Below, one piece after another: positions 1 to 10,332 of a stretch of DNA of 64,000 bases. The DNA is from Alphaproteobacteria bacterium (lineage in GTDB: Bacteria; Pseudomonadota; Alphaproteobacteria; GCA-2731375), in assembly GCA_965225945.1 (NCBI GenBank), contig CBDDBZ010000030.1:96001-160000 (forward strand), written 5' to 3'. Positions within the stretch are counted from its first letter, which is position 1. Each line of letters starts with the position of its first letter. The notes under the pieces are model-generated. The model was not told where the DNA came from. It ran no database searches and saw nothing but the letters and a program-made list of their open reading frames with translations. Made by a program: the position numbers and the translations under genes.

Positions 1-164
1 ACCCGGATGTCGATCGGGTGGCGTCGCCACGGCCGCGCCGCGCCGATCGCCTCGCCCAAGGCGACAAGCTGTTCTTCCGTCAAGCTTTCGCGGACGTCCG
101 GCGGCAAGCGTGACAATACGTCCTCGACCCTCGCCGCCATCGGATTCGGACGTTCTTCGGACAT
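1..164 (-). CDS. Hypothetical protein, N-terminal part (runs off window start)
   Basis: ATG at 164; reads MSEERPNPMAARVEDVLSRLPPDVRESLTEEQLVALGEAIGAARPWRRHPIDIR open to the edge; divergent from gdh. Confidence 0.5.
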   Translation of the reverse strand, partial: MSEERPNPMAARVEDVLSRLPPDVRESLTEEQLVALGEAIGAARPWRRHPIDIR

Positions 165-385
165 GGTCCCCCCGAGAAGGCGAATCGAATCTTTCGGCGT
201 CTTCATTGTGACAGTCGCAGCAAGCACTTACAACGCCGAAGGCGTTCTTGGAACGAGGCCGGGTCGAGGCCGGAGCCGATCGCTCGACTTTGCCGGGGGA
301 GTGGATCGCGTTAACCTTCGAGGCATACCCTGCGGGACGGGAGGGTGGCGATCCTCGCAACATCAATGTTCCGGGAGACGATGTC

Positions 386-3300
386 ATGGGTAGGGGACGA
401 GCTTTCGACGAAAAGGCGGAGCGCTTGGGCAGAGTCGAGGCCCTCGCGCTCGAACGGTTGAAGAAGCGCGAGGCAGAGCAGTTCATCGCCTTCACCCATG
501 CCTTCTACGACCGGGTCACGCCGGATGATCTCTTGGAGGTCTCGGTCGACAACCTTTACGGCGCGGCGCTCTCGCTATGGCAATTCGCCGCCATGCGCAA
601 GCCCGGAGAGGCGGCGATCCGCGTCTACAATCCGAGAATCGGCGAGCACGGCTGGCAGTCGGGCCACACGGTCGTCGAAATCATCAATGACGACATGCCC
701 TTCCTCGTCGATTCCGTGGTCGGCAACCTGGCCCGCCTGGGCCACGAGTTACATCTGCTGGTGCACCCCGTGGTCCGCGTGGCGCGCGACGACAAGGGCC
801 GGCGGAGCAAGCTCGTCATATCGGCGCGGGACGACGAGACCGAGGCCGGCGCCGAATCGGTGATGCATATCCAGATCGGCGAGCAAACGAGCCGAGAGAC
901 GCTCGCCCTGATCGAAACCCGGCTGGCCGAGGTCTTCGCCGACGTACGCGCCGCGGTCGAGGACTGGCCGGGCATGATGGAACGGCTCGACGAAACGATC
1001 GCCGAGTTGGAGGCGGGTGTCCCGATCGAGGCCGAGGAAGTGGCGGAGGCGAACGCCTTCCTGCACTGGATGCGGGACGATCATTTCACCTTCCTGGGTT
1101 GCCGCGATTTCGCCTACGCCAAGAAGCGCGGCAAGGAATCGCTCGAGATCGTGGAAGGCTCCGGTCACGGCATCTTGCGCGACCCCGAGCGGCAGGTGTT
1201 GCGCGGCTCCGTCGGCTCCGGCCTGACGGCGCTGGTGCACCAGTTCTTCAACCGCCCCGAGCTGTTGCTGATCACCAAGACCAGTGTGCGCGGCACCGTC
1301 CATCGCCCGGTGCACATGGACTACATCGGGGTCAAGCGCTTCGACGCGGCCGGCAAGGTCATCGGCGAACGGCGCTTCGTCGGCCTCTTCACCTCTTCGG
1401 CCTATAGCCGCACGCCACGCGAGATTCCCATCCTGCGCCGACGCATCCGCCAAGTGATCGAGCGTGCCGGGGTCGCTCCGACGAGCCACGACGGCAAGGC
1501 CCTGACGCATATTCTGGACACCTATCCCCGCGACGAGTTGTTCCAGATCGATCTCGAAACCCTGCACGACATCTCGACCGGTATCCTCGGACTGCAGGAG
1601 CGGCCCCGGATCAAGCTCTTCGCCCGGCGCGATACCTTCGACCGGTTCTTCTCCTGCATCGTCTTCGTGCCGAGGGACCGGCTGACCTCGGAACTCAGGG
1701 CGCGCTTCATCGAAATCCTCGTGGAATCGTTGAACGGCCGGCTCTCCAACGATACCGTCCAGGTTGGTGAATCCCCGTTGGCTCGGATTCACTTCATCAT
1801 CGGCTCCGAGCCGGGCGAGGCGCCGGCGGAACCCGATTACGGCCGAATCGAGGAAAAACTGGTCGAGGCGGCGCGGACCTGGAGCGACAATCTCCACGAC
1901 GCGCTGGTCGATCGTTATGGCGAGGCGCGAGGCAACGTGCTGCAGCGCCGCTACGCCGAGGCCTTTCCGGCCTCCTACACCGAAGCCTTCAATGCCGAAC
2001 GCGCGATCGGCGACATCGAGCATATCGAGGCGTTGCACGCCAGCGGCGAGGTCGGGCTCAACTTTTACCGCGTGATCGAGGACCCGGAGCACGTCGTCCG
2101 CTTCAAGATCTATCATCCGGGCCGCGCCGTGCCGCTCTCGGATTGCTTGCCGATGTTGGAGCACATGGGCTTCAAGGTCATGGGCGAGGTGCCCTTCCAT
2201 CTGACTCTGGAAGACGGCACGGACATCTGGATCCAGGATTTCGAAATGCTCGAGGCCGGTGGCGGTGCGCTCGACCTCACCGAGCTGAAGCCGAAGCTCG
2301 AGGGCGCCTTCCTGCGCATCTGGCGCGGCGAACTGGAGGACGACGGCTTCAACCGCCTGGTTCTGCGTGCCGGCCTGGAATGGCGTCAGGTGATGGCGGT
2401 GCGCGCTTTCTGCAAGTACCTCCGCCAGACCGGCAGTTCCTTCAGCCAGGACTATATGGAGGATGCGCTCGCCGCCAATCCGGCAATCACCCGCAAGCTG
2501 TTGCGCTTCTTCGAGGTCCGCTTCGATCCCGACCACGAGGGCAAACGGACGGTGCAGGCGAGCGGCCTCGTCGAGCAGATTCAACAAGCGTTGGAGGCGG
2601 TCGAGAGCTTGGACGAAGATCGCATTCTGCGCCGCTACCTGAACCTCGTGCAGTCGATGCTCCGCACCAACTTTTACCAGGACGGGGCCGACGGCGAGCC
2701 GAAGCTCTACCTCTCCTTCAAGCTCGACAGCCAGAAGGTGGCGGAGTTGCCGCTGCCCCGGCCGTTCCGGGAAATCTTCGTCTATTCGCCCCGGGTCGAG
2801 GGCGTGCACCTGCGCGGCGGCAGGGTCGCGCGCGGGGGCTTGCGCTGGTCCGACCGGCGGGAGGATTTCCGCACCGAGGTGTTGGGCCTGATGAAGGCGC
2901 AAATGGTGAAGAACGCGGTGATCATCCCGGTCGGCTCCAAGGGCGGTTTCTTCCCCAAGGCGCTGCCGGTGGGCGGCGACCGGGAGGCGGTGCAGGCGGA
3001 GGTCATCGCCTCCTACAAGACCTTCGTCCGGGGCTTGCTGGACATCACCGACAACCTCTCGGGCGGCGCCGTGGTATCGCCGCCCGCCGTCATCCGCTAC
3101 GACGACGACGATCCCTATCTGGTGGTGGCGGCCGACAAGGGTACCGCCACCTTCTCCGACATCGCCAACGACATTTCGCTGCAATACGGCTTCTGGTTGG
3201 GTGACGCCTTCGCCTCCGGTGGCAAGACCGGCTACGACCACAAGGTGATGGGTATCACCGCGCGCGGCACCTGGGAAGCGGTCAAGCGCCACTTCCGCGA

Positions 3301-5224
3301 GATGGGTCGTGACATCCAGAACGAGGACTTTACCGTCGTCGGCATCGGCGACATGTCGGGCGACGTGTTCGGCAACGGCATGCTGCTGTCGCGCCATATC
3401 CGCCTGCTGGCGGCCTTCGACCATCGCCATATCTTCATCGATCCCGACCCCGACCCCGAGGCGAGCTGGAAGGAGCGCAAGCGCCTGTTCGAGCTGCCGC
3501 GAAGCTCGTGGGCGGATTACGACGGCAAGCTGATCTCCAATGGTGGTGGCATCCATGACCGCAAAGCGAAGTCGATCACGCTCACCGAGGAGACCAAGGC
3601 GATCACGGGGCTAGACGTCGATGCGGTGACCCCGAACGAGCTGATCCACGCCCTGCTCAAGGCCGAGGTCGACTTGCTCTGGATCGGCGGCATCGGCACC
3701 TATGTGAAGGCCGCGCGGGAAGCCCATGCGGAGGCCGGTGACCGGGCCAACGATGGCCTCCGGGTCGACGGCGCCGAGCTTCGCTGCAAGGTCATGGGCG
3801 AGGGCGGCAACCTCGGCTGCACGCAGTTCGGCCGGGTCGAATACGCGCTTCGGGGTGGGCGGCTCAACACCGACGCCATCGACAATTCGGCCGGCGTCGA
3901 CAGCTCCGACCACGAGGTCAACATCAAGATCCTGATGGGCCGTGTCGTCGACGAGGGCGAGCTGACGGAAAAGCAGCGCAATCGCCAACTGGCCGAGATG
4001 ACCGACGAGGTGGGCGAGCTGGTCCTGCGCAACAACTACCTGCAGTCCCAGGCCCTGACCATGGCGGAGAGCCGCGCCCTCGATCTCCTGGAGCCCCTGG
4101 TGCGCTACATGCGGGTGCTGGAGCGTCAGGGCAAGCTCGACCGAGGGATCGAGTTCCTCCCCGACGCGGAGACCTTGGACGAGCGCCGCGCCGCCGGCCT
4201 CGGCCTGACGCGGCCGGAGCTATCGGTTCTGCTCGCCTATTCCAAGAACATCCTCTACGACCAGTTCCTGGAAAGCGACCTGACCGATTCCGAATACCTG
4301 CTGAACGACGTGGTCAAATATTTCCCCCGTCCGCTCCGCAAGCGCTTCCGGGGCGTGATCGTCGAACATCCACTGCGCAAGGAGATCATCGCCACGATCG
4401 TCGCCAATTCGGTGGTCAACCGAGTCGGCATCACCTTCGTGCACGACCTGGTGGAGGAGACCGGGGAGAGCGCCGAGGCCGTGGCCCGGGCCTATGCCGC
4501 GGCCCGCGACGCCTTCGAGCTCAGGCGCATCTGGAACCAGATCGAACAGCTCGACGACCGCGTCGAGGCGGCGGTGCAGACGGAGATCCTGGTCCAGGTC
4601 GCCGAGCTGCTGCGTTACGGCACGCTCTGGTTCCTGCGCAATCGGGCACGGCCGCTCAAAATTTCGGAAGCGCTGGAACTGTTCGCGCCGGGGATCAAGA
4701 CGGTCGCGGAATCGCTGGCCGATCTGGTCGGCCCGACGGAGGCCGTCGCGCTGGCGAAGCGGGTCGCGAATTTCCGCGCCCAAGGTATCGACGACGCCTT
4801 CGCGGAGCGGCTCGCGGGGCTCGCCCTGCTGGCGGCGGCGCCGGACATCGCGCTCGCGGCGGGCGAGACGGGTCGTCCGGTGACGGAAGTCGGCCGCGTC
4901 TACTTCCTGCTCGGGGCCAAACTCGGCCTCGACTGGCTGCGTGGCGCCGCCGATACGATCCGCCCCGGCGACTTTTGGGAGCGGACGGCGATCGCCTCGA
5001 TCGTCGACGACTTCTACGACCAGCAGCGCGGCTTGTCCGCCAAGGTGCTCGCCTCGGCGAACGGCGCCGACCCGGAGGCGATGGTCGAGAACTGGACCGA
5101 GGCGAACGCGAGCGTCGTCGCCCGCTGCGCCGGCCTGGTGGAGGATTTCCGTCAATCGGGCGATTTCGACGTCGCGCGACTGGCGCTCGCAAATCGCATG
5201 GTGCGCCGCATGCTCGCCGGCTGA
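386..5224 (+). CDS. gdhB: NAD-specific glutamate dehydrogenase (large ~1600 aa form)
   Basis: Motifs RGGLRWSDRREDFRTEVLGL, VVAADKGTATFSD, GYDHK, GDMSGDVFGNGML, DNSAGVDSSDHEVNIKI; in-frame ATG at 386 chosen as start. Confidence 0.95.
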   Translation: MGRGRAFDEKAERLGRVEALALERLKKREAEQFIAFTHAFYDRVTPDDLLEVSVDNLYGAALSLWQFAAMRKPGEAAIRVYNPRIGEHGWQSGHTVVEIINDDMPFLVDSVVGNLARLGHELHLLVHPVVRVARDDKGRRSKLVISARDDETEAGAESVMHIQIGEQTSRETLALIETRLAEVFADVRAAVEDWPGMMERLDETIAELEAGVPIEAEEVAEANAFLHWMRDDHFTFLGCRDFAYAKKRGKESLEIVEGSGHGILRDPERQVLRGSVGSGLTALVHQFFNRPELLLITKTSVRGTVHRPVHMDYIGVKRFDAAGKVIGERRFVGLFTSSAYSRTPREIPILRRRIRQVIERAGVAPTSHDGKALTHILDTYPRDELFQIDLETLHDISTGILGLQERPRIKLFARRDTFDRFFSCIVFVPRDRLTSELRARFIEILVESLNGRLSNDTVQVGESPLARIHFIIGSEPGEAPAEPDYGRIEEKLVEAARTWSDNLHDALVDRYGEARGNVLQRRYAEAFPASYTEAFNAERAIGDIEHIEALHASGEVGLNFYRVIEDPEHVVRFKIYHPGRAVPLSDCLPMLEHMGFKVMGEVPFHLTLEDGTDIWIQDFEMLEAGGGALDLTELKPKLEGAFLRIWRGELEDDGFNRLVLRAGLEWRQVMAVRAFCKYLRQTGSSFSQDYMEDALAANPAITRKLLRFFEVRFDPDHEGKRTVQASGLVEQIQQALEAVESLDEDRILRRYLNLVQSMLRTNFYQDGADGEPKLYLSFKLDSQKVAELPLPRPFREIFVYSPRVEGVHLRGGRVARGGLRWSDRREDFRTEVLGLMKAQMVKNAVIIPVGSKGGFFPKALPVGGDREAVQAEVIASYKTFVRGLLDITDNLSGGAVVSPPAVIRYDDDDPYLVVAADKGTATFSDIANDISLQYGFWLGDAFASGGKTGYDHKVMGITARGTWEAVKRHFREMGRDIQNEDFTVVGIGDMSGDVFGNGMLLSRHIRLLAAFDHRHIFIDPDPDPEASWKERKRLFELPRSSWADYDGKLISNGGGIHDRKAKSITLTEETKAITGLDVDAVTPNELIHALLKAEVDLLWIGGIGTYVKAAREAHAEAGDRANDGLRVDGAELRCKVMGEGGNLGCTQFGRVEYALRGGRLNTDAIDNSAGVDSSDHEVNIKILMGRVVDEGELTEKQRNRQLAEMTDEVGELVLRNNYLQSQALTMAESRALDLLEPLVRYMRVLERQGKLDRGIEFLPDAETLDERRAAGLGLTRPELSVLLAYSKNILYDQFLESDLTDSEYLLNDVVKYFPRPLRKRFRGVIVEHPLRKEIIATIVANSVVNRVGITFVHDLVEETGESAEAVARAYAAARDAFELRRIWNQIEQLDDRVEAAVQTEILVQVAELLRYGTLWFLRNRARPLKISEALELFAPGIKTVAESLADLVGPTEAVALAKRVANFRAQGIDDAFAERLAGLALLAAAPDIALAAGETGRPVTEVGRVYFLLGAKLGLDWLRGAADTIRPGDFWERTAIASIVDDFYDQQRGLSAKVLASANGADPEAMVENWTEANASVVARCAGLVEDFRQSGDFDVARLALANRMVRRMLAG

Positions 5225-5319
5225 TACCAACCGCCATAAATGGCGACTCCCCGGCGGGCCGCGCGAGCGGCCATCGACAAAGAGCGGTCGGGGAAGGGCA
5301 GGCCTCGGGGACTTTCGAG

Positions 5320-7536
5320 TCAGATTTCGAGCCGGACGAGCGGCGCCCCCGGATCCGGCGCCGCCCGGATCTCGCCGATCACCGCCGCCCCGCCATGGCC
5401 CACTTCGGCCAGGCGCGCGAGCACGTCGGCCGCCGCCTCGCCCGGCACGCTCGCCAGCAAGCCGCCGGCGGTCTGCGGATCGAACAGCAACGGATAAGCC
5501 GGATGGCCCTCGCCCTCGCCCGGCCGCAACACCTCGGCGAAAGCTTCGTTCGCCGGCTGTAGGGTGCTGGCGACGCCGCGCGCCAGCAATTCCCGCGCCC
5601 CGGGCAGCGCCGGCAGGTCGTCCAGGCGGAGGCGCGCACCGAGGCGCGAGGCCCGGAGCATCTCGATCAGATGGCCGAGCAGGCCGAAGCCGGTGACGTC
5701 GGTCATGGCACTCGCGCCGGCCTCGGCCAGGAGGCGGGCCGCCGGGCCGGCGCCGAGCACCATGGCGTCCAGCGCGGCCTCGATCCAGGCGCTCTCCGCC
5801 TCGGCCTTCATGTCGGCGGCGAACAGCGTGCCGGTGCCGAGCGGCTTGCTCAGCACCAGGACCTCGCCCGCCCGGGCACCGCCCTTGCGCAGCATCCCGC
5901 GTGGCCCCACCTCGCCGTTCACCGCCAGGCCGAAGGCGAGCTCCGGGCCCTCCGCCGTGTGGCCGCCGAGGAGGCGGGCGCCGGCCTCGCGAAGCGCTCT
6001 GAGCGCGCCGGCCAGCAGCGCCTCCAGGTCCGCCTCCAGCTTGTCCTCGGCCGCGTAGCGAAGCGTCACCATCGCCAGCGCGCCCGTCGGCCGACCGCCC
6101 ATGGCGTAGATGTCGCTCATGCAGTGGTTGGCGGCGATCCGGCCGAACAGATAGGGATCGTCGATGAAGGCGCGGAAATGGTCGACCGTCTGCAACAGCT
6201 CGCCCGAGGCCGGCGCGCGGATCACCGCCGCGTCGTCGGGCTGGTCGAGCTCGATTCCCGCGCCGTCGGGGCCGGCCTTCAGACGATCGAGCACCCGGTT
6301 CAGCACCGGGCTCGCCACCTTGGCGCCGCAGCCGCCGCAACGCATCACCGTCGCGCCCTCGCCCGCCGCGCCGTCGTCCATGGCCGGCAGCTCCTGGTAT
6401 TTGCGCATCCAGCGCAGGTCGATCCAGTCCTTGAGCCGCCAGACCCAGTCCCCCTGCACCGACAGCGGGCCCCAGGAGGCGACGGCGTGCTTGGCGCCGC
6501 CCGACATCAGGGCAAGCGTGCGTTTCTGCGGCCGATAGGGCCGCGCCGGGCGACCCTGGACCAGGCGGCGCAGGTTCGCCGCCAGATAGGGGCCTTGGCG
6601 CACCGCGTAGACGCCGGATTTCGGCAGTGCGCGGGGGCTGAAGGCGGCGATGTCGCCCGCCGCCAGGACGCAAGCGTGCGACGTCGATTGCAGCGTGGCG
6701 CCGACCGCGACGAAGCCCGCGGGGTCGAGCGCCAGCCCGCTCTCGGCGAGCCAGGGGGCGGCCCGGGCATGGGTCGTCAGCACGGCGCAATCGAAGCCGA
6801 CCTCGCCCGAAGGCGCCAAGCGGGCGACGCCGTCCGCCAGCGCCACCACCCGCCGGGCGGCGATGAAGGTGATGTTCCGCGCCGCCAGCAACGCCGCCAT
6901 CCGCCGCTGCACCGAGGGCGCGTGGGTCGGCAGCGGCGCCGCCTGGTCGGCGACGATGGTGAAGGCCAGGCGGCCGGGCGCGCCGCCCTGGGCCCCGAGT
7001 GCGCGTTCCAGGCGATGGTGCAGCGCCAGGCAGAGTTCCACGCCGCCCGCGCCCGCGCCGATCACCAGCAGGCGGAAGGGGCCGTCGCTGGCCAGCACCC
7101 GAGCCTCGACCTCGGCCCAGCGGGCGAGGAGGCCGTCCACCGGCTTCACCGGGATCGCCGCCTCGACGCCTCGGATCGCACCGCCGTCGGGGCTGGAGCC
7201 GATGTCGATCGACAGCAGGTCGAACGGAATTGGCGGGCGGCCCCGGGCATGGACACGCCGCGCCAGCGGATCGATATGCTCGACGGCGGCGTGATAGAGC
7301 CGGGCACCGGCGAAGCGGCAGAGCGGGCGGAGATCGACATGCGCCTCGGCGTGGCCGTAGTGCCCGGCCAGCAGCCCCGGCAGCATGCCGGAATAAGCGG
7401 TCACCACCTCGCGGCTGACCACCGTCAGCCGGACGCCCGGCACCGGGCGCATGCCAAAGCTCTTGATCACCTCGACATGGCAATGGCCGCCGCCCACCAG
7501 CACGATGTCGCGTTCGACCGGGCTCGCCTGCTTCAC
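5320..7536 (-). CDS. selD: Selenide,water dikinase fused to N-terminal FAD/NAD(P)H oxidoreductase domain
   Basis: N-terminal LVGGGH..., IGAGAGGVEL, AAGD; C-terminal RCGGCGAKV, DDAAV, QTVDHF, GGHT, TDVTGFGLLGHL, DPQTAGGLL; adjacent to tRNA-Sec. Confidence 0.93.
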   Translation of the reverse strand: MKQASPVERDIVLVGGGHCHVEVIKSFGMRPVPGVRLTVVSREVVTAYSGMLPGLLAGHYGHAEAHVDLRPLCRFAGARLYHAAVEHIDPLARRVHARGRPPIPFDLLSIDIGSSPDGGAIRGVEAAIPVKPVDGLLARWAEVEARVLASDGPFRLLVIGAGAGGVELCLALHHRLERALGAQGGAPGRLAFTIVADQAAPLPTHAPSVQRRMAALLAARNITFIAARRVVALADGVARLAPSGEVGFDCAVLTTHARAAPWLAESGLALDPAGFVAVGATLQSTSHACVLAAGDIAAFSPRALPKSGVYAVRQGPYLAANLRRLVQGRPARPYRPQKRTLALMSGGAKHAVASWGPLSVQGDWVWRLKDWIDLRWMRKYQELPAMDDGAAGEGATVMRCGGCGAKVASPVLNRVLDRLKAGPDGAGIELDQPDDAAVIRAPASGELLQTVDHFRAFIDDPYLFGRIAANHCMSDIYAMGGRPTGALAMVTLRYAAEDKLEADLEALLAGALRALREAGARLLGGHTAEGPELAFGLAVNGEVGPRGMLRKGGARAGEVLVLSKPLGTGTLFAADMKAEAESAWIEAALDAMVLGAGPAARLLAEAGASAMTDVTGFGLLGHLIEMLRASRLGARLRLDDLPALPGARELLARGVASTLQPANEAFAEVLRPGEGEGHPAYPLLFDPQTAGGLLASVPGEAAADVLARLAEVGHGGAAVIGEIRAAPDPGAPLVRLEI

Positions 7537-7778
7537 CCGCGCTTCCCTCGCTCGTCGGCGCGATCCGCTACGGCGGACGCGGGCCGCTGGGGCCCGGCCG
7601 TCGTCTCGCTCGCCACGAGCGCGGTGCTCTGCCTCGGCTTCACCGACGAAGCGCGGTCGAAACGATAACCGCCGCCGGCACTGCCCGCGCTATCGAGCCC
7701 CCACCGCCGCACGCACGGCGCGTTCGGTCGGCGCTCCTTTCGTCCTCGCCCCCTGATTCAACGGGCGGGCGAGGATCT

Positions 7779-7873
7779 TGGCGGAAAGGAGTGGGGGTCG
7801 AACCCACCAGGCACGCCTAGCGCCCCTCACCGGTTTTGAAGACCGGGGCCGCCACCGGACGACATCCCCTTCC
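7779..7873 (-). tRNA. selC: tRNA-Sec (anticodon UCA)
   Basis: Minus strand GGAAGGGG...CCGGTCTTCAAAACCGG...long variable arm...GGTTCGACCCC...TTTCCGCCA; 95 nt, TCA anticodon, CCA end. Confidence 0.95.
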
Positions 7874-8099
7874 AACGCCCTTGATAGCGAAGCCGGGCGC
7901 GATTGGCCAGGGGTCGGGGCCTCGCCGCCATATGCACCGCCAGGAGGCGGACGATAGGCACACGCTCGCGGTTGTGGGCATGGGCGAGGGGAGCGAGGCC
8001 ATTGTTATCCCTCGCAGGCACCTCGGCACCCCGCCGCGCTTCCTCGGCCGACGATTTCCTCCCCGCCGGCTCGACGAGGGGCGGAACGGCGCGACCGCG

Positions 8100-8420
8100 C
8101 TACGCGCCGGCGAAGTCCATGGCGCGCCGGATCCAGTCCTCCAAGGCCTCGCCGTCGAGACCGGGCGGTAGCACGACATAGTTCTTCTTCACCGGCGCCC
8201 GCGGAAAATACCTGAGTGGTTTGCCGCCCTGGTCGATCAGCCCGTCGCGGTCGTCGCGGGGCAATTTCAGCGCCAGGCCGACGGGCGTCAGGGTCATGAA
8301 GATGCGGCCGTCGAGATAGGCCGCGGCACCGCCGAAGAAATGCTTGCAGGCGATATCGGCGCCGCCCGCGCGGGCAGGCGCGAGGATCGTCTCGAGCTCC
8401 GTCAAGTAGCGCGCCACCAT
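8100..8420 (-). CDS. TfoX/Sxy N-terminal domain protein
   Basis: KHFFGGAAAYLDGRIF...LALKL...YVVLP...WIRRA pattern, 106 aa. Confidence 0.75.
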   Translation of the reverse strand: MVARYLTELETILAPARAGGADIACKHFFGGAAAYLDGRIFMTLTPVGLALKLPRDDRDGLIDQGGKPLRYFPRAPVKKNYVVLPPGLDGEALEDWIRRAMDFAGA

Positions 8421-8485
8421 ATCTCTTCAGATCGCCCAGAGCACGAGGATGGTCGGAATCGGGAACCGCGTGATCCGCTCGCCGG

Positions 8486-9436
8486 TCACGGCCCCGCCTC
8501 GCGGACCCGGTAGCCGAGGCGGGGGAAGTGGACGTGGACGCGGCCGACCGCATCGTCGTCGCGGGCGAGCGTGATCTCGCCCGCCGTGGCGCGGACCACC
8601 CGGCCGGCAACCGGATCGGGGGCGAAATCCTCGCTCCCGATCTCGACCCATCGCCCCTCCAGCGCCTCGCCCGTGGCCTCCAGCGGCCGGGGTTCCGAGC
8701 GCCGCGCCACGGCGAGCGCCTCCTCGGGCGCCATCTCCCGGCGCCGGCCGTGGCCGATCGCGGCGATGCGTCCCATCCAGCCACCAAGCGCCGGTAGGGG
8801 CGCCAACACGTCGGCGGCCCGGCCGTCGAAGGCGCCGAGCCACCAGAGCCGCTGGTAGAGCGCGAAGTCGCCGAGGTTGGGCGCCTGGCCGATCAGGTAG
8901 GCGCGGCCGTCGGCGAACAGGCTCTCGAGCCAGCCGAGCATCAGTTGCAACTGCGCCCGATCATGCGCCAGCCCCCGGGCCAGATCGGCCGGCGTCGGGG
9001 CCGGGTGGCCGCGCATCGCCGCCCGGTCGGCGAAGAAGTCGGGACCCAGCCGCTCGGCGTTCCGCGCGGTGACGTAGCGCGCGCTCGGCCACATCAGCAC
9101 CCGCTCGGCCCAGGTCGCGTGGAGCTGGATCGCGCCCGCCTCGGCCGGGGGAAGTACGGCCGGCGTCGGCGCCCGGCGGTCGAGTTCGACCGCGATGGCG
9201 GCTGTATCGCAATGGATGTCGGCGCCGATTTGCAGGACGGGCGTGCGGCGGAAGCCGCCGGTGAGCGGGGTCAGAAGCGGCTTCGGCGCCACCATCGGCT
9301 GGATCACCGAGGCCCAGGCGAGCCCCTTCAGCCCCAGCACCAGGCGAATCTTCTCGGCAAAGGGCGAGATGTCGTAGTGATGCAGGATCAGGCCGTCGTC
9401 GCCGTCGCCGTCGCCGCCGGCCGCCGCCGCGCTCAC
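8486..9436 (-). CDS. Glutathione S-transferase family protein
   Basis: LHHYDISPFAEKIRL, GGFRRTPVLQIGADIHCDT, C-terminal VHVHFPRLGY. Confidence 0.88.
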   Translation of the reverse strand: MSAAAAGGDGDGDDGLILHHYDISPFAEKIRLVLGLKGLAWASVIQPMVAPKPLLTPLTGGFRRTPVLQIGADIHCDTAAIAVELDRRAPTPAVLPPAEAGAIQLHATWAERVLMWPSARYVTARNAERLGPDFFADRAAMRGHPAPTPADLARGLAHDRAQLQLMLGWLESLFADGRAYLIGQAPNLGDFALYQRLWWLGAFDGRAADVLAPLPALGGWMGRIAAIGHGRRREMAPEEALAVARRSEPRPLEATGEALEGRWVEIGSEDFAPDPVAGRVVRATAGEITLARDDDAVGRVHVHFPRLGYRVREAGP

Positions 9437-10332
9437 GAGCGGGCCTTGATCTCGACGCCGGCCCAGCCCTCCACCAGTTTGGCGATCTCGGTGATGTCGC
9501 GATTCCGCCAGCCTTGGTGCTCGGCCAGCTTGAAGACCTGGCGGACCTGCTGGCAGACGAACTGCGATACCCCCAGCGCTTCGCCCTCGGCGAGCGCCAG
9601 GTCGATGTCCTTCAAGAGGATGTGCAGCGGCGCGCCATAGGCGAAGTTACGGCTGATGACGTCGCGCGGGATCTTGTCCTCCGTAGCGCTGTTGCGACCC
9701 GAGCCGGCGTTGATCGCCTTCAGCATCACCACGGGGTCGAGCCCGGCCTTGACGCCCATCGCCAGCGCCTCGCACGAGGCGATCAGCGCCGTCGCCGAGA
9801 GGATGTTGTTGGCGAGCTTGAGGACCTGGGCATGGCCCGGCGCATCACCGCAATGGACGATGCTGCGCCCCAGGCTCGCCAGCAGCGGGCGTGCCTCCTC
9901 GAAGGCCGCCGGTGGGCCCGAGACCATGATCGAGAGGGTGCCGGCGCGCGCGCCCGGCGGGCCGCCGCTGATCGGCGCGTCCAAGGCGGTGATGCCGCGC
10001 GCCGCCAGCGCCGCCGCCGTCGCCTCGGCGAAGCGCGAGCCGGTGGTGCAGGTGGAGATGTAGAGCCGGACCTTGCCGCCCTCGACGATGCCGTTCTCGC
10101 CCAAGACGATTTCGCCGATCACCTTATTGTCGGGCAGCGAGACGAAGACCAGCTCGCACGCGTCGGCGACCGCCTTGGGCGAGGCGGCGGCTCGGGCCTG
10201 GCGTTCCAGCAAGGGCGCCATCGCCGCCTCGGCGATGTCGTGGATCACCAGTCGGTGGCCCGCCGCCAGCAAGTTGGCGGCCATGGGCTGGCCCATATTG
10301 CCGGTGCCGATGAAGCCGATGGGGTCCGTCAT
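9433..10332 (-). CDS. NAD(P)-dependent 3-hydroxyisobutyrate/tartronate semialdehyde reductase family dehydrogenase
   Basis: IGFIGTGNMG, DAPISGG, KLANN motifs. Confidence 0.88.
   Translation of the reverse strand: MTDPIGFIGTGNMGQPMAANLLAAGHRLVIHDIAEAAMAPLLERQARAAASPKAVADACELVFVSLPDNKVIGEIVLGENGIVEGGKVRLYISTCTTGSRFAEATAAALAARGITALDAPISGGPPGARAGTLSIMVSGPPAAFEEARPLLASLGRSIVHCGDAPGHAQVLKLANNILSATALIASCEALAMGVKAGLDPVVMLKAINAGSGRNSATEDKIPRDVISRNFAYGAPLHILLKDIDLALAEGEALGVSQFVCQQVRQVFKLAEHQGWRNRDITEIAKLVEGWAGVEIKARS

Noticed and set aside
7779-7873. tRNA-Sec as the integration site of an island
   Set aside because: No adjacent integrase and no duplicated tRNA 3' end seen in the window.
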